DNA of 64,000 bases, taken from IMG/VR virus record IMGVR_UViG_3300035232_000453; one strand, 5' to 3'. Numbering within the stretch: the stretch's first letter is position 1; every line of letters starts with the position of its first letter. Below, piece by piece: positions 38,015-49,000 of this stretch. This DNA comes from a virus. The notes under the pieces are model-generated. The model was not told the DNA's origin, searched no databases, and worked only from the letters and a program-made list of their open reading frames with translations. Position numbers and translations under genes: made by a program.

Positions 38015-40336
38015 TTACTTCTTTTTTAGTTCTTCTACTTGAGCTGATAATTCCTTAACTGCTTCAATTAGTAGACCTGTAATGTTTCCGTATGCTACTG
38101 AATGAACACCTTCTGCATCTGTATGTACTGCTTCAGGAAGTACTGCTTTAAGTTCCTGAGCGATAACACCTGTTGATACTGAACCGTCTTCAATTCTTTC
38201 AAATGTAACACCACGAATTGCTTCAACTCTACCTAATGCACCGTCAATAACTTGAACGTTAGTTTTTAAGCTATCATCTGAATAAGCAGTAATATCACCA
38301 GTTGCTGTAAAGCTACCAGTGTATGAACCACTCATTTTGAACTCTGTGCCACTTAACGTCATACCGTTACCTGCTGTGTAAGTAGTATTTGTATCAGTGT
38401 ATCCAGTAATATAACCAGCACCGTTAGTTAGCTGGTTGTTATTAGTTACATTTGTAGCGCCTGTGGCAATACCGTCTAACTTAGTCTTCAATGTAGAAGT
38501 AAAGTTTTTCTGAGTTAAGCCACCATCGCCTACTGAATACGTAGTATCCGAGTCTGCCGCTAATGCTGATGCCAATGCTGCGTTTGCTTTAGTAGTTGCA
38601 TCACCTGCCGCTGTAGAAATAGCTGCTGCCTGTGCCGCATTTGCTTTAGAAGTTGCATCTGTTGCCGCTGTAGAAATAGCGTCTGCCTCAGCTGCGTCTG
38701 CTTTAGTAGTTGCGTCTGTTGCCGCTGCACTAATTGCCGCTGCCTGTGCTGCATTTGCTTTAGAAGTTGCGTCTGCAGAAGCAGTAGAAGCCGCTGATGA
38801 AGTAACACTAGAGATTGCTGAACTTAGTTCTGCATCTGTTGCCATTGCATCTTGGATTTCTTTAAGCGTATCAAACGCTGCGCCTGCACCGTTAGTTACT
38901 GACGAAATAGCTGCTGCCTGAGCTGCATCTGCTTTAGCAGTTGCGTCTGCACTTGCAGTTGCTTCTGCTGCCGCCTGTGCCGCATTTGCTTTAGAAGTTG
39001 CATCTGCTGCCGCTGTACTAACTGCATCTGATTCTGCTGTATCAGCATAAGTTTGTGCTGATGCCAACGCTGCATTTGCTTTAGTAGTTGCGTCTGTTGC
39101 CGCTGCCGACTCTGCGTCTGCTTCGGCTTGGTCTGCATATGATTTAGCTGCTACCAATGCCGCATCTGCTTTAGAAGTTGCATCGCTTGCCGCTGTACTA
39201 ATTGCATCTGCTTCGGCTGTATCTGCATATGATTGTGCTGATGCCAGTGCTGCGTTTGCTTTAGAAGTTGCATCTGCTGCCGCTGCCGACTCTGCGTCTG
39301 CTTCGGCTTGGTCTGCATATGATTGATATGCAGTTGTAATTGCAGTTTCACGTGTATCAGTATATGCTTTAGCATCTACTTCAGCTGCATTTGCTTTAGA
39401 AGTTGCATCTGCACTTGCAGTTGCTGTAGCTGCCGATACTGCGTCTGCTTCAGCTGTATCTGCATAAGTTTGTAATGCTGATGTTTGAGCTGAATCTGCC
39501 GCTGCCCATGCTGTATTAATTGCAGTTTCACGTGTATCAGTATATGCTTTAGCGTCTGCTTCGGCTTGATCTGCATATGTGTTTGATGCAGTTACGTTAA
39601 GTGCCATTTGAGCATCTACATAAGCTTCGTTTGTTTTAGTGTTAATTGCAGTTAAGTTAGAAGCAATTGCAACTGTGTTAGTGGCAATGTCTGCTGCGTT
39701 TGTGGCAATATTTGTGTTTGCAGTAACAATATCTGCTGAGTTAGTTGCAATTGAGTTAGTTACTGTTGTACTAAAGTTTGCATCATCACCCATAGCATTA
39801 GCAAGTTCGTTTAGTGTATCCATCGCACCAGGGGCGCCATTTACTAAGTTTGAAATTGCACTATCTACATAGCTTTTGTTTGCTGCATCAGTACTAGCTA
39901 CTGCTGTACCAATGTTAGTGACTAAATTGTTGTTCATATCAATTTTGTCACCGAAAGAAACGGCGTTTCCTGCCGAATCAGTAATGTTATTTCCGGTCGC
40001 GATTTGAAGCGTACCGTTTACGTTGACTGTAGTTGCTGACTGAAGTGCTAAAACACCTGTACCAGTTGTTTTAACTGTTAAGCCTTGGTCTTCATCTGCA
40101 CTAACAACAATTGTTCCAGAATCATCTTGTAGAACTTTTTGGTTGTTAATGAATAACGAACCTTCTGATAGATATAAGTCTCTCCACTTTGCAGTAGTTG
40201 AACCTAAGTCAAAACCAGTAGAACCGTTTGAATCTACGTTAGGTAGAATGTGTCCACCCATAGTTAGATTTGCTAATAATTCAGAAGCATCATCAGTTTT
40301 AAAACCACCGTCAATTATAAATTTTCTTTGTGCCAT
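38015..40336 (-). CDS. Tail fibre with Ala-rich coiled-coil repeats and peptidase S74 chaperone
   Basis: ADATSKANAA repeats; TAYSDDSLKTN...GVIAQE...VAYGNITGLLIEAVKEL. Confidence 0.85.
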   Translation of the reverse strand: MAQRKFIIDGGFKTDDASELLANLTMGGHILPNVDSNGSTGFDLGSTTAKWRDLYLSEGSLFINNQKVLQDDSGTIVVSADEDQGLTVKTTGTGVLALQSATTVNVNGTLQIATGNNITDSAGNAVSFGDKIDMNNNLVTNIGTAVASTDAANKSYVDSAISNLVNGAPGAMDTLNELANAMGDDANFSTTVTNSIATNSADIVTANTNIATNAADIATNTVAIASNLTAINTKTNEAYVDAQMALNVTASNTYADQAEADAKAYTDTRETAINTAWAAADSAQTSALQTYADTAEADAVSAATATASADATSKANAAEVDAKAYTDTRETAITTAYQSYADQAEADAESAAAADATSKANAALASAQSYADTAEADAISTAASDATSKADAALVAAKSYADQAEADAESAAATDATTKANAALASAQTYADTAESDAVSTAAADATSKANAAQAAAEATASADATAKADAAQAAAISSVTNGAGAAFDTLKEIQDAMATDAELSSAISSVTSSAASTASADATSKANAAQAAAISAAATDATTKADAAEADAISTAATDATSKANAAQAAAISTAAGDATTKANAALASALAADSDTTYSVGDGGLTQKNFTSTLKTKLDGIATGATNVTNNNQLTNGAGYITGYTDTNTTYTAGNGMTLSGTEFKMSGSYTGSFTATGDITAYSDDSLKTNVQVIDGALGRVEAIRGVTFERIEDGSVSTGVIAQELKAVLPEAVHTDAEGVHSVAYGNITGLLIEAVKELSAQVEELKKK

Positions 40337-40481
40337 TTTATTGACTCCTTTTTGATCAAAAAAGTTATGATACATAGAGTATCATACATATTTATTTCTT
40401 TTTCTTAATTGTAAACAACTATTATAAGCAGTTTCCAATTAATGGGACGTTGCTTTCACAACGCCCCTAGTTTTTTAGGTA

Positions 40482-43400
40482 TTAAACATCAATGTAAGTT
40501 GCAATAACTTTCACTGTTGCTGTACCTGAAGTTGGTGTATACTGAAGTTGAACATTGTTGCCCGACATAGTAACACTTGCATCACCAATTAAATCTGTTC
40601 CGGTATAAACCATTGCAAATTCAGTAATGTATGCAGTTGTACCATCGTGTACAACCAATGCTTCTCTTGTTTCGTAGTTACCAGCGCCATCATCAACTTG
40701 AATAATATACTTTGCAGAACGATATAATACACCGTTGAAAGTATCTATTGTTGTTGAACCTGTTGCTGATACGTCCATTCCTTGCACATAAGCCTTAATG
40801 TCTGATGACAAGATATCTGTAGTAACCTGACCCGCTGTCAATACTGGTGTTAAACCATTTTGATTAGCTACAACTACTGCTTGTGTTCCAACCGGTAAGG
40901 CTGAAGCAAACGTAATTGTTTTAGCACTACTGTTGATAGTATAGTGAGTTGCCGGATCCTGAATAACACCACCAACAAATACCATGCTGTTTGCTTGGTC
41001 TGTTGTAAATGTTAATGAATACGTTGTCGCACTACCATCACCTGGGATAGTCTGACGATTGTTACTTGTAAAGATCTCTAGTGGATCTGCAAGTTCCATT
41101 CCAGACTCATCTGCTTTAACTTGTAAAACAAAATCTGCTTTACCTGTATATGAGTTGTCTGAAACGTCAGTTAAGTCAAGTACTGATTCGTTAGTATTAA
41201 TACTAATTACACCAGTTGAACTATCATAAGATGCTAAGCCGTTGCCTGCTACGTCTGTTACAGAAATTGCTGCTCTTGCTCTAGCTGGAGTAAAGTACTG
41301 GTTGCTTCCTTCAGCTAAGTCATCTGTGTCATAAACACTGATGTCTTGTGCTGTGATTGCCGCTTGCATTACTGCTAATGAAACTGCATCACTTGATGCT
41401 GAAGCTGTACCTAGTCCAGTTATCATGTTACTATCCATATCAACATCACCTGACATAGTTCCACCAGCTAGTGGTAGTCTTGCCGCGATTGCTGTTACGT
41501 TAGTTGCGATATCTGTTACGTTAGTTGCTACTTGTGTTGTGTTAGCCGCTACTGCGCCTGTTAAAGTACTGTCTGCATTTGTGAATGCATTAACAATTTC
41601 TGTTAATGAATCTAAAGCTGCTGCATCTGTATTGTTTTGAATAAACGCAATATCAGTTTCGTTTGCACCCACACGTGTATCTAGTGCCGTAATTGCACTT
41701 GTGTTAGTTGCCACATTAGCTGTTAATGTTGCATCTGCTGCCAAATAAGCTGTATCAACTGCTTTAATTGCCGCGTCCAGTTTCATATCAGCGTCTGCTA
41801 ATGTTGAAGCTGCATCGTGGTAGTTAGATGTAGTTGGAGCTACATAGGCACCCGATACGTCTAAGCCTGCGCCTGCCTGTGTTGCAGTAATTTCAACTAA
41901 GTTAGCCGCCGAAGCTGCTGCGTTTGCTGATTCTGCCGCTCTTGCAGTTGAAGCCTCAGAAGTGATAGCATTAGCATTAGCTAATTCTGCCGCTCTTGCT
42001 GTTGATGCTTCTGCTGAAATAGCCGATGCATTTGCTTGTTCTGCCGCTCTTGCCGTTACTGCTTCTGCTGTAATATCACTTGCGTTTTGGGCAATTGCTG
42101 TTACGTTAGTTGCAATACCACTTGTGTTAGTTGCAATGTTAGTTACGTTAGTTGCAATATTAGTTGCGTTTGTACCTTCAGCTGCTCTAGCCGTTACTGC
42201 CTCTGCTGCAATTGCGTCTTCATTTGCTTTAACTGCCGCGTCTAGTAATACGTCTACTGCTTTCATTGTAGAACCACTATCCATGTAGTTTGTTCCACTA
42301 TGTGCTGTAAATGAACCGTCTGCGTTTAAGCCAACTGCTGTTTCTATTGCGTCAACTTCAACTTGTAATGCTTGCAATCCTGCTGTTGAACCTGTGTTCA
42401 ATTCATTGATCGCTGCAGTTACAGTTTGTGCTGTAGTTGTAAGTACTGTTGAACCCATTTTTGTTTCTAATGCGTCAACATTTGCTTCTTCAGTTGTTAA
42501 GCGTCCGTCTAGTGCTGTATCTGCCGCTGCAAACTCTGTACGAATTAACGCACGGTCTGAAGTTGCTGCAGTTGACAAACCAGTTAATGTTGCGTCAACA
42601 CTTTGGAATTCAGTAACAATTTCTGCTAATGAGTTAAGTGCTGTTGCATCTGTGTTTGACAAGATGTTAGCAATTGCAGTTGTGTTAGTTGCCACGTCTG
42701 CTGTTAGTACACCTTCTGCCGCTCTTGCAGTTGCTGCCTCAGTGTTAATCGCTGATGTATTAGATGCGATATCTGAAGTGTGTGAAGCTAATAAAGTATC
42801 ATGTGCATTATCTTTATTTGTTGCACGAGTTACTTCGTTAGAGATAGCTAGTGTATTAGCTGCCTCAGCCGCTAAAGCACGAGTTTCTTCTGCCGCAATA
42901 TCGTTTGCGTTTTGTAGTTCTGCTGCACGAGCTGTTGAAGCTTCTGCAGTAATGTTGCCTTGCAATGTAGTATCTGCAGATGTTCTGTTAGTGATTTCAC
43001 TAGCAAGACCTGCCGTGTTAGTTGCAATATCACTTGTGTTAGTTGCAATGTCACCTGTGTTAGCAGTGATAGCCAATGCATTTACTTGCTCAGCCGCTAA
43101 AGCACGAGTTTCTTCTGCTGTAATTGCTGCTACATTTAAAGCTACTTGTGTTGTGTTAGCCGCTACTGCGCCTGTTAAAGTACTGTCTGCATTTGTGAAT
43201 GCATTAACAATTTCTGTTAATGAATCTAAAGCTGCTGCATCTGTATTACTAATGATGTTAGTAATGCTACCTTCTGCTGCAGTTACACGTGTATCTAACG
43301 CTGTATCTGCACTTGCTCTAGTAGTTGCTTCAGCATTAATGTCTGTTGCGTTTGCTGCCTCTGCCAAACCTGCACGAGTTACCTCTGCTGATAAGTTTGT

Positions 43401-44246
43401 TGTCAACGTTGAGATATCTGCATTAGTGGCTGAAATTTCAGCTGCTAAACCATTTGTTAATGTTGTGATATCACCTTCGTTTGCAGTTACACGAGTGTCT
43501 AGTGCATTATCTGCCGCTAGTCTTGTTGCTGCTTCTGAAGTTATTGCTGATGCATTTGCTTGCTCTGCCGCTCTTGCCGTTACTGCCTCTGCTGCGATTG
43601 CAGTTGAGTTAACGCCCTCTGCTGTTGTAGCACGATTTACTTCGTTTGTAATTGCAGTACCGTTTGCTGCTACTGCTGCCGTTAATGTACTATCTGAACT
43701 TTGGAATTCTGCAACGATCTCTGCAAGAGAGTTCAATGCAGTTGCATCTGTGTTCTGAATAATATTACTAATTTGTGTTTGTAAACCAGCGTCTGCTGCC
43801 TTATAAGCTGTGTCTAGCGCCGTATCTGCCGCTGTACGATCACTTACTTCAGTAGCAAGGTTGTTAGTTAATACAAGCTCTGCTGCCAACGCACGAGTTT
43901 CTTCTGCAGTAATGTCTGTAGCATTCTGAGATTCTGCTGCACGAGCAATTGACGCCTCTGCTGCAACTGCTGACGCAATGTCTGCCGCTACTGCCGACTG
44001 AGCACGTGCTGGTGTAAAGAATAATGCACCTGCATCTTCAGTTAGATCTGATGTATCAAAAGATCCAATTAAATTTGCTGCCGTAATTTTCTTTAATGTT
44101 GACGTACCTGAGTCATGTACTAATAGTGTGTCTAAATCCACTAGAGCTGTTGTTGCACCTTGGCCTGAAACTGCACTTGCATCTAGTTTTGTGTTAAGAA
44201 CTGAATTGTCCCCTAACGCTGGACTCTTAATTTGTCTAAAAGCCAT
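40482..44246 (-). CDS. Long coiled-coil fibre / virion structural protein (~1254 aa)
   Basis: AEAxxARAAE heptad repeats, four NTDxxALxSLxEIV motifs, C-terminal YRSAKY beta domain. Confidence 0.8.
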   Translation of the reverse strand: MAFRQIKSPALGDNSVLNTKLDASAVSGQGATTALVDLDTLLVHDSGTSTLKKITAANLIGSFDTSDLTEDAGALFFTPARAQSAVAADIASAVAAEASIARAAESQNATDITAEETRALAAELVLTNNLATEVSDRTAADTALDTAYKAADAGLQTQISNIIQNTDATALNSLAEIVAEFQSSDSTLTAAVAANGTAITNEVNRATTAEGVNSTAIAAEAVTARAAEQANASAITSEAATRLAADNALDTRVTANEGDITTLTNGLAAEISATNADISTLTTNLSAEVTRAGLAEAANATDINAEATTRASADTALDTRVTAAEGSITNIISNTDAAALDSLTEIVNAFTNADSTLTGAVAANTTQVALNVAAITAEETRALAAEQVNALAITANTGDIATNTSDIATNTAGLASEITNRTSADTTLQGNITAEASTARAAELQNANDIAAEETRALAAEAANTLAISNEVTRATNKDNAHDTLLASHTSDIASNTSAINTEAATARAAEGVLTADVATNTTAIANILSNTDATALNSLAEIVTEFQSVDATLTGLSTAATSDRALIRTEFAAADTALDGRLTTEEANVDALETKMGSTVLTTTAQTVTAAINELNTGSTAGLQALQVEVDAIETAVGLNADGSFTAHSGTNYMDSGSTMKAVDVLLDAAVKANEDAIAAEAVTARAAEGTNATNIATNVTNIATNTSGIATNVTAIAQNASDITAEAVTARAAEQANASAISAEASTARAAELANANAITSEASTARAAESANAAASAANLVEITATQAGAGLDVSGAYVAPTTSNYHDAASTLADADMKLDAAIKAVDTAYLAADATLTANVATNTSAITALDTRVGANETDIAFIQNNTDAAALDSLTEIVNAFTNADSTLTGAVAANTTQVATNVTDIATNVTAIAARLPLAGGTMSGDVDMDSNMITGLGTASASSDAVSLAVMQAAITAQDISVYDTDDLAEGSNQYFTPARARAAISVTDVAGNGLASYDSSTGVISINTNESVLDLTDVSDNSYTGKADFVLQVKADESGMELADPLEIFTSNNRQTIPGDGSATTYSLTFTTDQANSMVFVGGVIQDPATHYTINSSAKTITFASALPVGTQAVVVANQNGLTPVLTAGQVTTDILSSDIKAYVQGMDVSATGSTTIDTFNGVLYRSAKYIIQVDDGAGNYETREALVVHDGTTAYITEFAMVYTGTDLIGDASVTMSGNNVQLQYTPTSGTATVKVIATYIDV
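41527..41633. repeat. 107-bp exact internal duplication, copy 1
   Basis: Identical to 43141-43247. Confidence 0.9.
43141..43247. repeat. 107-bp exact internal duplication, copy 2
   Basis: Identical to 41527-41633. Confidence 0.9.
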
Positions 44247-44418
44247 ATAGATTTCTCCAATCAAATATATTTGATTCCTTATAATCTTTACAAGGAAAAA
44301 TTAAATGTGGTATATGAACTCCACATTTAATACACAGGTTGAAACCCGTGCAATGTATTTACCTATACTGCAATAGAATTAAGTTATTTGAGAACTTGTT
44401 TTTTGAAAATATATTTCC

Positions 44419-46002
44419 CTAGATTGGGAAATATCTGAAGTCAACTGTTGAACTTGTTGACGGTGCATTTGTGATTGTTAATGTTGATCCACTAATGCTA
44501 TACTCTGTTGGTTGTAGAATTAAACCATCTACAATAACTAACATACTGTGAACGCTGTGTCCGCTCTGAATAGTATATTGTGTTGTAGTGTTATCTCCCA
44601 CATATTGACTACTAGTATATATCAAATTTAAGTGCTGGTTTCCTACAGAGTTATTTAATAAATTTACATTAGTTGCACTTGGATATCTATACTTGACATA
44701 TATTTCATCACCACTTGCAGGAATTTCATTAAATGATAGTGTTGTTCCATTTAGTGAATAAATGCTAGGACGTTGTAAAACATCATTTACGTATACGTCA
44801 ATTGATTCTTCATCTGCTGGTGCATCTGTTAATGTGTACGATGTTAATGATCCGTTTCCTGTAAATACTTGAGAAGCAGGTAACGGATTGGATGTAATAC
44901 TGTTGTTTGTAAAAGAAAAATTTCCATTACCATCTGTTTGTAATACTTGTCCACTTGTACCATCGCTAATACCTAAGTCAAGTATTCCACTTACGTCACT
45001 AGCAATTGTTATACCTTTAGAACCAGTAGTAGTAACCGGAGTAATTGTAATATTATTACCAGCACGTATTGATATTTCATCAACCGCTGCCGCTATAATA
45101 TCAGTTGGTGTTGTATCACTAACTGTATCATAAATGTGCCACGTTTTAAATGTGGATTCAATTGTAACTGTTACTGTACCGTCTGCGTTATCAGTTAATG
45201 CAAAACCGCCGTCAACATTGAAGTTAATACCTGTTACATTTGCTACTTCTACGTTTGATACTGGGTCGTTAATTTCCTTAACTGAGAGCGCCAAATCGCT
45301 TCGTATAGAGGTGTTTATGTTTGCAAGCTCTGTTGATGTTGCAAAGGCACTATCTGCTGACTGGAAGCTATTTACAATTTCTGTAAGAGAGTCTAGTGCT
45401 GCAGGATCTGTATTTGACAGTATGTTATTAACTTGCGTTTGTAATGCAGTAATATCAGCAGTAATACTAGATGATACTACTCCTCTGTTACCAGAGTATG
45501 TTGCACCTGTAATATAAACACTTTTGCCAGAAAAATTAACACCATTTGGTAAGTTATCACCAATAAAGTTTAGTACACCTGATTGATAATCAAAGAACCA
45601 TTCATCGTTATTACCACTACCAGTAGTAAAGACTTTGTTGGACATTGTTTCAGCACCAGCGGCATCACCACTAGTATGAACATAAACATTTACAAGATAT
45701 GTTGAACCAAATTCTGTTGGAATCCAATCTGTGATTCCTGTTTTCCAAGTTCTATTGCCTGTTGCAGTAATATCTTCGGTTGCTTCAATTGCCGTTTGTA
45801 GTGTTACATAACTATTAGAAGCAGAAGGCTTTACTGCTGGAATACTTCCAGACTCTGCCCAAATCGTATCACCACGTATTAGTAATGGACTTGGTAAACT
45901 TTCGTTGGCTGCAAGTTTGTTAAAGACTGTATCAGTTTTAGTTGCACCAAAACCAACTTTCTTAAATAGATAGTCTAACTTTTGATTATCGGAAATTGCC
46001 AT
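44419..46002 (-). CDS. Virion structural protein (baseplate/fibre-associated)
   Basis: WFFDYQSGVL, NTDPAALDSLTEIV, two C-terminal VxVxxxLQ.P..Y beta domains. Confidence 0.7.
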   Translation of the reverse strand: MAISDNQKLDYLFKKVGFGATKTDTVFNKLAANESLPSPLLIRGDTIWAESGSIPAVKPSASNSYVTLQTAIEATEDITATGNRTWKTGITDWIPTEFGSTYLVNVYVHTSGDAAGAETMSNKVFTTGSGNNDEWFFDYQSGVLNFIGDNLPNGVNFSGKSVYITGATYSGNRGVVSSSITADITALQTQVNNILSNTDPAALDSLTEIVNSFQSADSAFATSTELANINTSIRSDLALSVKEINDPVSNVEVANVTGINFNVDGGFALTDNADGTVTVTIESTFKTWHIYDTVSDTTPTDIIAAAVDEISIRAGNNITITPVTTTGSKGITIASDVSGILDLGISDGTSGQVLQTDGNGNFSFTNNSITSNPLPASQVFTGNGSLTSYTLTDAPADEESIDVYVNDVLQRPSIYSLNGTTLSFNEIPASGDEIYVKYRYPSATNVNLLNNSVGNQHLNLIYTSSQYVGDNTTTQYTIQSGHSVHSMLVIVDGLILQPTEYSISGSTLTITNAPSTSSTVDFRYFPI

Positions 46003-49000
46003 TAACTAGCCTCCCCAATTGATATACTAGTTATTTCTTTTCCACTTGCTAATGCTACTCTAACCAACACAACATTATTTGTTGCGTTACTCATATTTTC
46101 ACTACCTAGTGTCATTGTATAACTTGAATTGATACTGGAACCTGTTGGAACAACATCAGCACCTGTTAACGCACAACCATCTGCACCGTTACCGCCATTA
46201 GCAGTATCGCTACCCGGTATACCAGCACCTGCGTACTGACTTGTACATTCAATCCATCCATTTAATCCACTAGCATTATCTACGCCAGTTCCAGGAGCTG
46301 CAATCCACATACCAGCTATTCCGTTTGAAGTAATGTTAATATCAAAATTAGCAACAACTTGTCTGCGGAAAGCAAAAGTAAAATACTGTGTTCCAGTATC
46401 TGCACTTCTGTCTGGTCCAACTGGTAAAAATCCTGTTGAATAGTCTGTAGTATTATGTTCTAATGTACCCCATCTTACAGTAGCTTCTTGTGTTCCACTT
46501 ACACTTACTGCACCAGTAAATGGTGTAGCAGTATAATCTGTTGAACCTGTTATAGTTGGTGTATCAGTTGTAGCATTTACAAAATCTGCAATACGCAAAC
46601 CGTCTTCAGTAATTGTTCCATTACCTAAGCTATTTGCTACTGGTATATTGTCTTCTATAACACCTGTAGGATTAGCAGTATGCACCTGTACAGCGGTGTT
46701 AGTTAGTTCTGCATAGTTTGAGCTACCATTTACATTATTCGCTTTAAATTTAAGCGTTTCGACTGCTTTAACACTACTTGTAGTAATGTTAATTGTTTGG
46801 TCTGCTAATGCATATGATGAACCAAATCCAGTATTAGCATTTGGTATACCTGCTGTTAAATACGAAACTGCTTCCAGGTTTGCATATCCTTTATACTGTG
46901 TACTAATGGTTGCACCACTTGTACTTTCTGAATTAGTACCGTTAGCAATTTCAAATACATTGTTTGTATCTCTATATGCTTGACCAATCCAGTCAGAAAG
47001 TGATGCACCACTAAGTGTGAGGGTAGGGCTTCCTGTGTTGTAGTATGGAATTCCAGATATGTATCTGTAACTACCTGCGGTGCTTTCTGTCAAAGTAGCA
47101 CTTGTTAAGTCAATAGTAGGAACGCTAGTTAAGTCATCACAAATAACTGTCACGTAGTTAGTATTGCCTGTTGCATTATGCTCTATTCTTTGATCATTAA
47201 CACCAGTTGAATATTCAGCAAATGGTTTAGTAATTTTTGCATCAAATGTTTGGAAAAATCCAGTAGGATAAGTTGAAGAACTTATACTGTCATTTGCATC
47301 TCTTTGATCACTAATTACCAAGCTGTCAAAAGTACCGTTTTCATTTAAGGAAGTAGTAAACGCTTTTGAACCATCTGCTGAACCGTTAACAATTGCAGTT
47401 GCAGTACCACTTAAACCATTATATACATTTTGTGCAATGCTGGTGTCAATAGTACCGTTAGTATATCGTCTTTCGGTATTTGTTTTTAAACTTGCTCCAG
47501 CCGAGACTGGTGATGTTGCACTATTATCAGTAAAGTTATTAGCTAGTTTAGGATCAATACCCTGTGCGGAATCAGTAAGTGTAATTGTTTTTGTACTTAA
47601 TCCGCCTGGTGCGTTTGGCACTGCATTAACTTGAAAAGTTAAGCTGGCCGAATCTGTTTGAGCTGTTATATCTGGAGTACCTGTTGCGGTAAAATCTAAT
47701 TGATAGTTACCCGGTGTTACTCCTGTAAAGTCGTGTTGGACACTTGTTAGTCCTGCTTCATTATTATTAGCACTACCATCGTTCCAATCGTATTCATGAT
47801 TGTCACCATTTTCACTTGTGTTGTTTACAGTAACTAATGCTCTGTTTACGCCGGTATAATCTACGCCGTCATATACATCATATTGATTATCGCCGTTGCG
47901 ATCTGAAACTGTATCTGCACTACCCAAGATGTTTGCTCTAACATCTGGTTCTACGTGAATTACAAAATCTATACTTTCAAAAGGACTGCTAGTATGATCG
48001 CTTAAAACTTGCAAATTACCTGTGTAGTCCATTGCTACACTATTATCTAATAAAGTGTATTTGTGTGTTATTGTTCTAGCAGTATCTCCACTTTGATTAC
48101 TGCCTACATTTACAGTTGTAATTGTACCATCGCCAAAGTCCCATAGATAACGTGTTCCGTATGTACTATAGCTTCCTATAGTTGCTTCAGTGCCATTAGT
48201 AAATGTTACTGTTAATCCGTTATTTGATTCTTCGTTAATACCTGTTGTAATGTCTGATGTTGCATCTGGTGTATGTGTGTCATAAATTTTATAACTTGCA
48301 TCATCATCTAATGGAAGTAATGATGGCGTAGCTGTGCTATGACTGTCTAATGTTAGTGTAACGGTTCTTTGCACTTCTTGTTGTGTGCTAAGAGCAAATG
48401 TGTGGGCTATACGTCCTCCGCCTACGCCACCTGCTACACTATCTAAGTTAATAACATCATCTGCGGAACCATCTGCCCAATCCCATGTGTATTGAATTAC
48501 TGCTCCCGATGTGTTAGTTGTTGTATTTTCAAAATAGACAGTATCGCCATCATCCCAATGTGTAATTGCGTTGCCACCAGTTGGTGCATCGTATACTACA
48601 AATGAAACGGCTGGATCGCCTGTGAAGATTGTAATATAATCTTCTCTTAATTTTTGTACTGAGCTACCAGCGCCTGTTCCTGTGTTATTAAATGCTGTAA
48701 CATTTACATCAAAGGGACTACCAGTGTTGGTTGCGTATGTGTGAGTTGGAGTTGAGTCTGTTGTTGCGGTTGTTTGAGTGCCATCGCCCCAATCAATTGT
48801 ATATCTGTTTGGGTCGCCAACAGTACTGATGGTTAATGTTGCAGTTAGTCCTGCTCCACCTGTTACTATATCAGAAACAAAATCTACAGACTTAACATAA
48901 GCACCTATTCTTATGTTTTCAATAATTTCTAAAACAGTAGCAGTATCGGCATCGCCGCCTGCATCAACATTTGATATTGCTGTTTCTAAAAATACTTTTG

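Noticed and set aside
38540-39560. Regularly spaced repeats that could be mistaken for a CRISPR array
   Set aside because: They are in-frame degenerate coding repeats (ADATSKANAA) within a fibre gene; there are no unique spacers and no cas genes.
33957-40336. Diversity-generating retroelement acting on the paralogous fibre C-termini
   Set aside because: No reverse transcriptase in the window, and the differences between copies are not adenine-specific.
42394-43758. 454 aa plus-strand ORF, plus other long antisense ORFs (53192-54007, 56266-56931, 14969-15487, 49457-49990)
   Set aside because: Shadow frames of low-complexity Ala/Thr- or Glu/Asp-rich genes on the opposite strand; no RBS and no recognisable motifs.
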